A stretch of 64,000 nt of DNA from a virus (IMGVR_UViG_3300037247_001786:1-64000); one strand, 5' to 3'; shown: positions 18,593 to 28,009, counted from the first letter of the stretch. Translations and numbers: made by a program. Notes: generated from the sequence alone by a model not told the origin.

Positions 18593-18620
18593 ATTATACC
18601 TATAATAGAATCACTTGCAA
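18593..18620 (-). promoter_or_regulatory. Promoter for the radical SAM/MKIR operon
   Basis: On the minus strand: TTGCAA gtgattctattatagg TATAAT, ~36 bp upstream of the rSAM ATG. Confidence 0.65.
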
Positions 18621-18977
18621 CTATTCTTTTTCTATTTTTGACAGTTCTCTTTCTCGGTCTTCTAATATGCCTTCTATCACTTTTTGTGATTTCAATAGAT
18701 AATTTTTATCTATTAATTTTTTACCTACAGTAGAACGGAAGAATTTTATCAAAGAATCTACCTCTTCTTCTGAAAAATGCGAATCGACTATCGGAGTTAT
18801 CTCTTCGGAATATTTATCACTTCCGTATAGAGACATTATTTTAGCAAAGTCATCATCACTGACAGATTGAAATGAAGCATGTAAAAACTCTTCATTCAAT
18901 TTAAGATGTTTTTTCGCGGCAAATAAATGTTGAGAACATTTCAAGAATAACCCAATAAGATATATTTTTTTAGACAT
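18621..18977 (-). CDS. DUF2059-like helical protein
   Basis: FSEEEVDSLIKFFRSTVGKKL. Confidence 0.5.
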   Translation of the reverse strand: MSKKIYLIGLFLKCSQHLFAAKKHLKLNEEFLHASFQSVSDDDFAKIMSLYGSDKYSEEITPIVDSHFSEEEVDSLIKFFRSTVGKKLIDKNYLLKSQKVIEGILEDRERELSKIEKE

Positions 18978-18997
18978 TTTATTATCTTATTCTAAAA

Positions 18998-20698
18998 TTA
19001 ATCACTTTTCATCTGAATTCTATATATTTTTTCTTTTTCAGAGAAAAGCACTTTAGCTCCATCATGGAATAGCCTCATATCTCCTCTGATACTACTACTG
19101 TCAATAACTTTAACATTATTCTTGCCTATTTTGTTTAAAAATATTTCTATCTCTTCATTTTCATTGATATGAATAACTACACCATTATCTAATACTGTAA
19201 AGTTAATTCCAGTATAAGAGATATCATCTATTTTTCTCAGTTCATATGAATTAAAATCTTCAGATAGCTTAAATATAAACTTATCATATTTGCCTTTTTT
19301 ATTGGCAATAATGACAAGAAGATTTTTATCATATTTAGCGTCGATAACTCTGTACCCCTTCATCTCTGGTATAAGTATCTGATGGCAAGTCTTGGTTTTA
19401 GGGAACACAGAGGCAACACAGGAGTCTAAAACGTTCTGTATGGCTACTCCATCAAATAACTTAGTAGCATTCTCTTGGATATTAGTAACAATTGTCGAAG
19501 ATATTAACACTTTATTAGGAAGCTCTATAAATTCTATTTCTGATAATTTGTCATACTGTTTGACATATATTCTTCCTTCATATGACATAATATCACTTGC
19601 AGTTATATTGCAGGCTACTTGTTTATTATCTTTTACATCCCATATTTTTAAAAGCCCAACTTCTTCTTCATCTTCGATGTCGAGACCGCAACACATTACT
19701 TTATTGTATTTAGAAGTAATCGCGATTTCAGTATCCGTTGTGACCATTTCTTTATTCCCATTTATATAGACTCCTCCTGTTGCTGTCGTTATTACTCTAG
19801 TCCCATTAATGGAGATAAATTTCACAATATCTCCGTCATAAGAATTAAGTTCTTTAAGCTCAAAATCATTATTACTTTTTATCAAAGTAGTGATAACAGG
19901 AACCATAATTACTGCTGCCGCAGTTGATGGAGGAGCTAATCTCTCGCCTCTATGGAACATCGCTTTATACCAGTCTCTATAAGATTCTGGAATAAAATCA
20001 AAGGGCATACATACTCTAGGGTATCTTACATCTTTATGGAAGACAGGAATATTAGCTAACATTCTATCATCAATAGTTTTTAGTGTAGGGTGTTTCCCCT
20101 TGTAGGGATGTATTCCTATAAACATCTGAAAAGAAACTATTCCGAATGAGAACCAATCTGTCATCTCATTAAATGTTTTACTATGCCTATCTCTAATGCT
20201 AGGCATAATAGCGGTAGCTGGAAAACTTTTTGTCTGATAGCTATCGACATCGATAAAATAAACATCTGTCATTTTTTTATTCACAAGAAAGTTCATTTCA
20301 TTTAGGTCAACAATCAAGATACCTTTGCTATGAATATGACTAATAGTTTTCTGCATCTTTTTTACTAGATCTAGCATCGTTTCGGGAGTGACATTATTTC
20401 TCGTTTTAAATGCTTTAGTAAATATTTGGCACAAGGCATAAGTATTAGATATATGCCTCATTGTATATCCAATAGGTTTTTTTCTAGAATTTAATATAAT
20501 CTCTTTAGGAGTTATAACATTAGGATCAGAGATAGCACTAAGTTCTTGTATCTTTGAGAAAGGTAGGCAAGGAGTTTGACCGTTATATATTTTAAATGCT
20601 GTTCTTGCTCTGCGGTAAACTTCCCCTTCCCCTCCAGCCGCTACGAAGTCTCTTTTAGTAAGATCTATTTCGCCTTTACTTTTTACAAAAATTTTCAT
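18998..20698 (-). CDS. Ser/Thr protein kinase (TerY-P triad type) with beta-rich C-terminal domain
   Basis: AAGGEGEVY, FKIY, IVDLNEMNFLV, FIDVDSY. Confidence 0.85.
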   Translation of the reverse strand: MKIFVKSKGEIDLTKRDFVAAGGEGEVYRRARTAFKIYNGQTPCLPFSKIQELSAISDPNVITPKEIILNSRKKPIGYTMRHISNTYALCQIFTKAFKTRNNVTPETMLDLVKKMQKTISHIHSKGILIVDLNEMNFLVNKKMTDVYFIDVDSYQTKSFPATAIMPSIRDRHSKTFNEMTDWFSFGIVSFQMFIGIHPYKGKHPTLKTIDDRMLANIPVFHKDVRYPRVCMPFDFIPESYRDWYKAMFHRGERLAPPSTAAAVIMVPVITTLIKSNNDFELKELNSYDGDIVKFISINGTRVITTATGGVYINGNKEMVTTDTEIAITSKYNKVMCCGLDIEDEEEVGLLKIWDVKDNKQVACNITASDIMSYEGRIYVKQYDKLSEIEFIELPNKVLISSTIVTNIQENATKLFDGVAIQNVLDSCVASVFPKTKTCHQILIPEMKGYRVIDAKYDKNLLVIIANKKGKYDKFIFKLSEDFNSYELRKIDDISYTGINFTVLDNGVVIHINENEEIEIFLNKIGKNNVKVIDSSSIRGDMRLFHDGAKVLFSEKEKIYRIQMKSD

Positions 20699-20718
20699 TT
20701 GCCTATATCTTTCATTGT

Positions 20719-21645
20719 TTAATCTCCGAAATACATCGCCCCAAAAGAGATATCGTCGGAGTGGTGCCAGTTATTTTTAATGCAAAATTTAAGAAAACGG
20801 TTAAGCTTTCTTTGCATAAATTTTCCGTTGAAGTTTTTAAAACTTAATGCTCGATATATAACTTCCCTATAATCAATATTAGAATTAGTTAAAGAAGTCC
20901 CTGAATCAACTGTTTTGTAAAAAGAATTTATTCCATCAGACATCAAAACAACAAATTTAGGAGGTTTAGTCTTCTCTGTCCAGAAATATGCCGATCCTCC
21001 ATATTTGTCTTTTCTGACAGAAATAATAGAAGATTTTTTATTTTCGCGGAAAGTAAAATCAGGAGAACAGTGATCATCTAACTGCTCATAAGTTCCATCA
21101 ATATTAATTATAGAGGAAGTTACTATACAAGGGGTAGTTGGAATCTGTTCCTCTAGCCATTGTTGAAAACGAAGAGTATATTTCGGCAGATAGTTCATAT
21201 AAAATGGAAATCCATTAGGAAATTCAAAGTTGGAGACTAGAATCCTTCCATCTTCTAAACCAAAAGCAATACAACCATCTCCTTTAACGAGAATCTCAAA
21301 GAAATCGTCAATATAATAAGCGACTAAAGCAGTAGCGTCTAAACTGTCAGGAGATATTTTTAAAGAATCTATGGACGCTCTTGCTTTCGTCATGCAAGTA
21401 TCAGAATTAAAACTGAACATTAAAGTGGCAGAATTGCGATATAAGTTTTTTAATTCGTTAACTATAGAGTGACTTAATATTCTTGCACCTAAATCTACTT
21501 GAGGAGATGAGGAACATCCATCGGAGACTATCGCATAATGGGCATCATTCGTATTGAAAGATCCTGTTAACGCAAAATCTTCACACACATCATGAGTTTT
21601 ACCTATTCTAAATGCTGAATCTGTTTTGATATATTCTATGTTCAT
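20719..21645 (-). CDS. PP2C-like protein phosphatase
   Basis: GKTHDVCEDFA, AIVSDGCSSS, KGDG, LMSDGI, SDDIS. Confidence 0.88.
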   Translation of the reverse strand: MNIEYIKTDSAFRIGKTHDVCEDFALTGSFNTNDAHYAIVSDGCSSSPQVDLGARILSHSIVNELKNLYRNSATLMFSFNSDTCMTKARASIDSLKISPDSLDATALVAYYIDDFFEILVKGDGCIAFGLEDGRILVSNFEFPNGFPFYMNYLPKYTLRFQQWLEEQIPTTPCIVTSSIINIDGTYEQLDDHCSPDFTFRENKKSSIISVRKDKYGGSAYFWTEKTKPPKFVVLMSDGINSFYKTVDSGTSLTNSNIDYREVIYRALSFKNFNGKFMQRKLNRFLKFCIKNNWHHSDDISFGAMYFGD

Positions 21646-21660
21646 TCTAAATTCCTATAC

Positions 21661-21696
21661 AAAGGTTCTACCCTCCTTACTCCGAGGGCAGAACCT
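21661..21696 (-). terminator. Hairpin between vWA and PP2C; possible terminator or processing site
   Basis: AGGTTCT-G-CCCTC...GAGGG-T-AGAACCT followed by TTG, a short U tract. Confidence 0.4.
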
Positions 21697-21726
21697 AACA
21701 ACATAAGGCAGGATGTAACAACGTCT

Positions 21727-22485
21727 TTAAAATTGAAGGGCTTGCGAAGGACCGCCAGTATTCAGGGCTTGGCTTTGAGCCGAAATTGACCTTGATACGA
21801 AATCGGCAAGCTTGGCAAGATTATTTGCATTAGCATCAGAAATCTCAACATACTGAGTGATGCCAGCCTCGTTTTTGAATGTGTCGAGAGCATCTTGAAC
21901 CTCTGCCCATTGACCAACTCCAACACCTACAAGGATAGACAACATCGATTCAAGAGACTCTTCTCTAACAGATGCTTGCAAAGTTTTCTTAACGGTACTC
22001 GTCGATGCTTCATTAGAACTATTATCGCAACCGTCTGTGATAATTATCACGATAGCGTTAGCGTCAAAATCTTCGTCGCCCAATTTCTTTGCATAATCGT
22101 TTGTTGCAGCTATGGCGTTATTTGCAGCGTCGAATAGTGCAGTCATTCCACCTATCTTCAAACAATCGGTATAATCATCTGGGTCGCAATCGACAAGCAG
22201 TTTAAAACCGTGCAATTCTTGCATATTGGTATCAAAAGTTACAATTCTAATCATAAGATTATCTTTGCGTGGGCTTTTGTTACAAGATGTTATAATTTCT
22301 TTAATAGCATCTTCCATCTCTTTCTTAAATTCATCAACACTTCCGCTAACATCGACTGCTATCGTAACTAGCGTATATGCAGTTGCTCCGATACGCTCGT
22401 CGTCAAGACTGATTGCCGAATAGCCATAATTTGTGGCTGGCAAATTATATTGGTCTAGATTGTCACTAACATTCATAATTTTCAC
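21727..22485 (-). CDS. TerY-like vWA domain protein
   Basis: AVDVSGSV, IVTFD, GGMTALFDA, IITDGCDN; first gene of a vWA-PP2C-kinase triad. Confidence 0.85.
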   Translation of the reverse strand: MKIMNVSDNLDQYNLPATNYGYSAISLDDERIGATAYTLVTIAVDVSGSVDEFKKEMEDAIKEIITSCNKSPRKDNLMIRIVTFDTNMQELHGFKLLVDCDPDDYTDCLKIGGMTALFDAANNAIAATNDYAKKLGDEDFDANAIVIIITDGCDNSSNEASTSTVKKTLQASVREESLESMLSILVGVGVGQWAEVQDALDTFKNEAGITQYVEISDANANNLAKLADFVSRSISAQSQALNTGGPSQALQF

Positions 22486-22645
22486 CTTTATATTAAATTA
22501 TATTTTATTTTTTAAATGATCCAGTTTAGCCGTCTAACTGGAAAGGACAGATTAATGTACTGCTCTAATCAGTGTTCCACGGAGGTGACAGTCTCTAGTT
22601 CCCTTTCCGCTTCTTCTCTGTATAACTCCGAGAACGAGATAGTTT

Positions 22646-23458
22646 TTATGCCAAGAACTCAGTAGTAGTAGAGGTTCTCATGCCTCTCGCCACCATACTG
22701 TCAATGAACTGTTGCTGGATAGTAGGGAAGTCGATAACTGGGTGTATAACAGGACTCGTAGCATCTGTCAGCAAAATCATTTTTGCTATATAGCTATCGT
22801 CTCCGAACTTATCGGCTACTTGTTCAATGGTAGTCTTAAGGCAATGACTGCCAGCTTCGCCAGCGACGAGAATAGTGTCAGCTTGAACCAACGCATCGAT
22901 GAGAGGGGTATTGATCTGAGTCGAAGGATCAGCGGGGTCTGGAACTTCTGCTTCGATAGCACCGTAATGTTCAGTGTAAGGATTACTCCCCTTAGAAACA
23001 TAGTGAACATTCCAAGGCTTACTATTCTGCCAATCAATTAAAGCATCCGAGAGATCGGGATAGACATTGTTTCCAGGTGTTCCGATTAGACAGTGAGGAG
23101 GCCAAATACAGAGAGGGAAATTACCCTTACTTTCAAGAGCTTCAACATATTTGAGCATCCTATCGTGGAGACTCGTCATGAAAGGTTTCCAATTCCCACT
23201 TCTAACATCATCAGCAGAGATAATTGTAAACACATCTGGATTCTCTCCATTACTGTTTACCCAAAATGAAGGATGAGCTACATCTACGACATTATGGGAA
23301 TCAAGGGTTACTCGAATTTGAGATATCTTATCTCCGATACGATTAACCATAGTGGCGAGACGCTTCATGTCGGCATCTGCTCCTGGGACAAATAACGAGC
23401 CACTTGGATCGCAAAAGTCTACTTGGGGGTCAATGATAAAAAGTTCTATCTTCTGCAT
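22646..23458 (-). CDS. pncA: Nicotinamidase (isochorismatase/cysteine hydrolase fold)
   Basis: FIIDPQVDFC, DSH, WPPHC, KGSNPYTEHY, AGEAGSHC (catalytic D-K-C). Confidence 0.85.
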   Translation of the reverse strand: MQKIELFIIDPQVDFCDPSGSLFVPGADADMKRLATMVNRIGDKISQIRVTLDSHNVVDVAHPSFWVNSNGENPDVFTIISADDVRSGNWKPFMTSLHDRMLKYVEALESKGNFPLCIWPPHCLIGTPGNNVYPDLSDALIDWQNSKPWNVHYVSKGSNPYTEHYGAIEAEVPDPADPSTQINTPLIDALVQADTILVAGEAGSHCLKTTIEQVADKFGDDSYIAKMILLTDATSPVIHPVIDFPTIQQQFIDSMVARGMRTSTTTEFLA

Positions 23459-23510
23459 GTTCTTTTCCTTTACTAAAAAATATTAACTATTAAATACTGC
23501 TCATACCAAA

Positions 23511-23538
23511 ATTATATCATCTTTAAAAACACTTTCAA
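23511..23538 (-). promoter_or_regulatory. Sigma70-type promoter upstream of pncA
   Basis: TTGAAA gtgtttttaaagatga TATAAT, with extended -10 TG. Confidence 0.65.
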
Positions 23539-23581
23539 GTTATTTTTATTTTTTTGCCTATTTTAAACATAATATATACTT

Positions 23582-23893
23582 TTAATCTGGGCTTTCCATA
23601 CCATAAAAAGTATCTTCTGGCTCTTTGGCTTCAAAGTCAAAAACTCTAGCCATAACAAGTGATAATTTGTAATCATCATATATCTTTTCAGATATCCAAA
23701 AAACTTTATTACATTTAAAGCACTTACATGATTCAACGCCTACCGTCATGTCAATCCAATTATATGTCCCACAATCAGGACATGTCGATTTCTTCCATGA
23801 GAAACAACTTCCGGATACTCTGTACCTAGCTAAATCTAGTGCAATTTTAACATCTTCTTCTTGCCATTTTTCATTCGGATGATGGTTACTCAT
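23582..23893 (-). CDS. Zinc-ribbon protein
   Basis: CPDCG...CKCFKC. Confidence 0.65.
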   Translation of the reverse strand: MSNHHPNEKWQEEDVKIALDLARYRVSGSCFSWKKSTCPDCGTYNWIDMTVGVESCKCFKCNKVFWISEKIYDDYKLSLVMARVFDFEAKEPEDTFYGMESPD

Positions 23894-23894
23894 A

Positions 23895-24155
23895 TTATAT
23901 ACCTATTAATGATTTTAATATCTCATTTTTATCTTCTGAAGATTTAATCTTTATCGTCTTATCAGTATATCCAGAGTATCTACTTTTTAATATTTTTATC
24001 TTATTAGTTAATGTGCAGATAAAAATAATTACATATTCGTTTATTCTTTTTTCCGTGGATATTCCTTTTAAGTCGTTTGTGCGGATATCCTCTACTTCTT
24101 TTAATTTCGCATTATCTCTTAAATCTTCTCTATCATATATGGCTATTGTTTTCAT
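23895..24155 (-). CDS. Small hypothetical protein, paralog of 24157..24417
   Basis: IAIYDREDL...KILKSRY...EDKNEILKSLIGI. Confidence 0.7.
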   Translation of the reverse strand: MKTIAIYDREDLRDNAKLKEVEDIRTNDLKGISTEKRINEYVIIFICTLTNKIKILKSRYSGYTDKTIKIKSSEDKNEILKSLIGI

Positions 24156-24156
24156 A

Positions 24157-24417
24157 TTATACCCCTATTAATATTCTTAACATTGTATTCTCATCTTCTG
24201 GAGTGTCAAGCCTTTCTTCAATTTTCATATGTCCATATCGATTTTTCAAAATCTTATATTTATTCAATAGGGAGCAATAGAAAACTAATATGTCTGCATT
24301 GCCGACAGTTCCTTCTCTTACCGATGAATCTAAATCATCGATATGGATATCTTTGACTTGTTTCAATGCGGCTTTTGGTACTAAATCTTCTCTATACAAT
24401 ATTGATATTCTTCTCAT
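24157..24417 (-). CDS. Small hypothetical protein, paralog of 23895..24155
   Basis: ISILYREDL...KILKNRYG...EDENTMLRILIGV. Confidence 0.7.
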   Translation of the reverse strand: MRRISILYREDLVPKAALKQVKDIHIDDLDSSVREGTVGNADILVFYCSLLNKYKILKNRYGHMKIEERLDTPEDENTMLRILIGV

Positions 24418-26564
24418 ATCATTCTCTCCAAGTCTTCGGTCGTGATAACCTTTACGTCAAGCTTATTCGCTTTATCTGTTTTTCCGACGCTGCCAGCCCC
24501 AGCACATAGATAATCTGTTTTCTTACTAACGCTACTTGAAATTTTACCGCCGTTATCCTCAATAAGAGTTTTCCATCGAGCCTTTCCTCCTGGCAATGAT
24601 CCCGAGAGACAGATTTTCTTACCATCTAAATTGCCACTCTTCTTTTCAACAACTTCTATCTTAACGAACTCAAGAAGGTCATCCACTTGACGAGAGTTAA
24701 AGAAGAAATAGTTAAATACATTCTGAGCAGTAATCGGACCAATTCCATTATGGGCTTCCAATTCTGCCGCTGATAATGACCTAACGATATTAAAATCGTC
24801 ATATTTTTCAGCCATGATTCTACCTAGTTCTCTGCCAGCACCATCTATTCCTAAAGAGGCGATAAAAGTTTCCATCTTAACAGTAATTTTTTTATCTTTA
24901 ATTTTGTCAAGAAGAACTAAAAGAACCGAACTATCTTTTTCCTGCTCAGGGGAATTAATCATCTTAACCCTCGCGAGAATAAGAGTTGCTGAACGGTCTT
25001 TAAATCCAATAGCTTTAAGTTTATCTAAAGTAAGTTTATAAAAATCAGCAGGCTCATTAACAAGATTCGCTTCGCAAAGTTTTGCAATATTTTTTTCAGC
25101 AATACCTTTTACGCCAATTCGTTTAAGATAATGGTCGAGGTTCTGGACTTGTTGTGCAGAGCAAGTTGTGCTATCGCAAACGAGACTAAGGGAACCATTA
25201 TTCCCATCTACTCTCTTAGTCGGGTGACCGCAAGATGGGCAAGAGAGAGGGTATATTACTTCGCCTTTGGACTCTATAACTTTTTTCATTTTTGGAATAA
25301 TTTTACCAGATTTAATAATAGCAATTACTGAACCAATCCCAATTTTATTTTGTTCAATAATACCAAGGTTATGAGCCGTGCAACGACTGACAGTAGTTCC
25401 TTCTAATTGAATTCCTTTGAAAATAAGTACAGGAGTGATTGATCCGACTCTGCCTGTTTGCCACTCAATACCTGTCACTATTACTTCTTTAACTTCATCT
25501 GCAAACTTGAAAGCTATTTTACCCTTTGGATCAGAATTAGATCTGTTACCGTGAGTACCTAATTCTAATTGATCTTCTAAATTATTGACAGAGATTACAG
25601 CTCCATCCACCATAAATTCGAGTTCTCTATGAACCTTCTCAAAAGCACAAAGATGAGTAAAAGTAAAAGGAATTGTTTTAACAAAATTAATACCGAGAAC
25701 TTCTTTTGCCCATGTTGCTCTTTCAATTTCAGTCTTATATGGAGCATCATCAAAGTTGAGAATATTATATCCGGCGAAACTTAATCCCATACCCTTCATT
25801 TCTCCGGCAGTTTTACGATTCATAGCCCCAGAGGTATACGCTCTTGGATTGGTTTTTTTGTCTTCGTCCGAAAGAGTTGCATTTACTTCTTCAAACGTTT
25901 TTACATATGTTTCAATCTCTCCTCGAACGATGAGAGACCAAGGCTCAGGTAATGTCTGAGGGATATTTGCTATATTCTTTAATTTGGCAGTACAGTCAAT
26001 CCCATCATCACCTGTTCTAGAGCGAAGTCCTGCTCTCACAAGTTTCCCATTTTCGTACTCAATAGACAAAGCGATACCATCATGTTTAAATGACATGCTA
26101 AATAACTCGCTTTTTTTCGCGAGAATAAAATCTAAATTACCAGGAGTGAAACCCTTTACCTTGTGAGGTACATCTTTAATACAATCTTCCATCCATTTAA
26201 GAAGAATAACTTCTTTTTCCTCTTGAGTACCGTTGCATTTAGAGATACTTGTCATTGGAGGATCATGTTTTAACTTCTTGCCAATAACTTCATCGTCAGC
26301 AGCGAAAGTAGTTTTAAAACCATCCCAAGCAGGATCTATCTGCTCTAGTCTTCTTTTAAGAGCGTCATACTCGTTATCAGTAACGACATCACCTGTAATA
26401 GGGTTGACACAGTCTGTCCCTGCAACATGGTAACAATTATCAAGATGAACTATAATCTGTCTAAGGTCATCTATCTCTGATTTTATATCTTTATAACCAA
26501 TAGATGTATTCATTACTGTTTCTACATCTTTAACAGTATCATCTGCATAAATATCGTCTGTCAT
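24414..26564 (-). CDS. ligA: NAD-dependent DNA ligase
   Basis: KHDG (KxDG), RGE, NPRA, DGAV, AFKF, OB fold (GRVGSITP), Zn finger CPSC...C...C, HhH repeats, BRCT. Confidence 0.95.
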   Translation of the reverse strand: MTDDIYADDTVKDVETVMNTSIGYKDIKSEIDDLRQIIVHLDNCYHVAGTDCVNPITGDVVTDNEYDALKRRLEQIDPAWDGFKTTFAADDEVIGKKLKHDPPMTSISKCNGTQEEKEVILLKWMEDCIKDVPHKVKGFTPGNLDFILAKKSELFSMSFKHDGIALSIEYENGKLVRAGLRSRTGDDGIDCTAKLKNIANIPQTLPEPWSLIVRGEIETYVKTFEEVNATLSDEDKKTNPRAYTSGAMNRKTAGEMKGMGLSFAGYNILNFDDAPYKTEIERATWAKEVLGINFVKTIPFTFTHLCAFEKVHRELEFMVDGAVISVNNLEDQLELGTHGNRSNSDPKGKIAFKFADEVKEVIVTGIEWQTGRVGSITPVLIFKGIQLEGTTVSRCTAHNLGIIEQNKIGIGSVIAIIKSGKIIPKMKKVIESKGEVIYPLSCPSCGHPTKRVDGNNGSLSLVCDSTTCSAQQVQNLDHYLKRIGVKGIAEKNIAKLCEANLVNEPADFYKLTLDKLKAIGFKDRSATLILARVKMINSPEQEKDSSVLLVLLDKIKDKKITVKMETFIASLGIDGAGRELGRIMAEKYDDFNIVRSLSAAELEAHNGIGPITAQNVFNYFFFNSRQVDDLLEFVKIEVVEKKSGNLDGKKICLSGSLPGGKARWKTLIEDNGGKISSSVSKKTDYLCAGAGSVGKTDKANKLDVKVITTEDLERMI

Positions 26565-27079
26565 TTTTTATCCTTTTCAAAATTTTTATCGTAATATTCA
26601 ACTATTTCTAGAACTGTCAAAAAAGCATATCCATTTTCCTTTTTGATGGTTGCCCAAGGAACAAACCAAATCTCTGAGGGAGCGGACAACCTAAATCTTC
26701 CATTTTGAGAATAAACATTTTCCATCTTATTTAATAAATCTTTTGCTTTTTTATCGCATTCTTTACATCTTTGCCCACCAAGGAAATAGGAAGTATCTTT
26801 TTCCTTGTACAATATTTTTCCTACACTGTTTCTATGACCGTCAGATTCCACATCGTATTCTTGTAGTTTTTTCCCGCAATCTACGCAAAGATAAATATAT
26901 TTTTGAAACTCGTTATCTTTATGATAAGTTCTGAAATATTTTTGAAAAATAGTAGTTAATCTTTTTACTTTTTGTTTTGAATTATACTCTTCTTCGGCTT
27001 TTTCAGCTTCTTCTTTAGACTGATATTCTTCTTCTACATCATCATTTATAAATAACCAAGTAGTTTTCTGTTTAATCAT
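26561..27079 (-). CDS. Hypothetical protein with CxxC pairs
   Basis: CVDCG...CKECD. Confidence 0.6.
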   Translation of the reverse strand: MIKQKTTWLFINDDVEEEYQSKEEAEKAEEEYNSKQKVKRLTTIFQKYFRTYHKDNEFQKYIYLCVDCGKKLQEYDVESDGHRNSVGKILYKEKDTSYFLGGQRCKECDKKAKDLLNKMENVYSQNGRFRLSAPSEIWFVPWATIKKENGYAFLTVLEIVEYYDKNFEKDKK

Positions 27080-27675
27080 AATATTATTGCTTTTAACTTG
27101 TCAATATTCTTTGCCCAATCACAGAAAACAGGTTTAGGGATATCATCTAAATCTACCCATCTCCACTCTTCGCACTTGTGGGGTTCCATAATTTTAGGTT
27201 CGCCTTTATAGGCTCTGGAAATGAAATACAAAGTTATCCAATGCTCTCCACTTTCTTCAAGAAAAATATCATTTGTAAAAGTAGCAAATTGTATACCGTC
27301 AGGATCGATGATAACGCCAGTTTCCTCTTTAGCTTCCCTTGCGGCTGATTGTCTTGGAGTCTCTCCGGCATCCATTCCACCTCCCGGCAATCCCCAACAT
27401 CCTTCTCCATTGGCATTCTTTCTTTTGCCAACAAGAATTTGCTTATTGTCATTTACCAAGAAGACGGATACTCCGACCATAACGCCTGGTAATCTTGCAT
27501 CTTTTAATGGGCAATCTTCGTGGATACGCCATATATTATACTGGAGCCACTTACCCGATGCTTTGCAAAGGAACGAGTCGTGATCTCTCCAATTATGACG
27601 AAAGACGAAATCAAAATGCGGGCATTGCTTGCAATGCGTTACGGTTACAGTTGTAGTTTTTGTTGTTTCACTCAT
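27076..27675 (-). CDS. Nudix hydrolase (NUDT15/MutT-like) with N-terminal Cys-rich module; start probably MSET at 27675
   Basis: Nudix box GGGMDAGETPRQSAAREAKEETG; TNDIF...HWITLY; MEPHKCEEWRW. Confidence 0.88.
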   Translation of the reverse strand: MSETTKTTTVTVTHCKQCPHFDFVFRHNWRDHDSFLCKASGKWLQYNIWRIHEDCPLKDARLPGVMVGVSVFLVNDNKQILVGKRKNANGEGCWGLPGGGMDAGETPRQSAAREAKEETGVIIDPDGIQFATFTNDIFLEESGEHWITLYFISRAYKGEPKIMEPHKCEEWRWVDLDDIPKPVFCDWAKNIDKLKAIIL

Positions 27676-27681
27676 GCGATT

Positions 27682-27709
27682 ATTATACCGCATATAAAAT
27701 CACTTTCAA
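27682..27709 (-). promoter_or_regulatory. Sigma70-type promoter; Nudix mRNA probably leaderless
   Basis: TTGAAA gtgattttatatgcgg TATAAT, with the ATG 7 nt downstream. Confidence 0.65.
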
Positions 27710-27712
27710 CTA

Positions 27713-28009
27713 TTATTTTTGATTTTTTCTTTTTACTTCTTGGATATGTTTGTAAAGGATAACATTCTTTCTGAGGCTATCAGTAAGATGACTTTCGGGA
27801 CAGGCTTTAGATAGAATAGAAATGATTTGTTTATCTGTTTTTTCTATAATGGAAGCAATATTATTAGAATTGAAGGTATGAGAACCTTTTAATATCTTTT
27901 TGACATCTGACGGAGATGCAGAGGTTATATCAGCAATCTCCTCGATGGATAGGTTTTGTATTTCGTGAAAATATTTCACAATGTCTTGAGATATAATATA
28001 AGGTAACAT
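27713..28009 (-). CDS. XRE-family helix-turn-helix protein
   Basis: LSIEEIADITSASPSDVKKILKG. Confidence 0.7.
   Translation of the reverse strand: MLPYIISQDIVKYFHEIQNLSIEEIADITSASPSDVKKILKGSHTFNSNNIASIIEKTDKQIISILSKACPESHLTDSLRKNVILYKHIQEVKRKNQK

Noticed and set aside
27076-27675. Nudix enzyme as the ADP-ribose pyrophosphatase of the NAD recycling route
   Set aside because: Flanking motifs (TNDIF...HWITLY, EPHKCEEW.W) look like NUDT15/MutT-type nucleotide sanitisers; substrate cannot be assigned from sequence.
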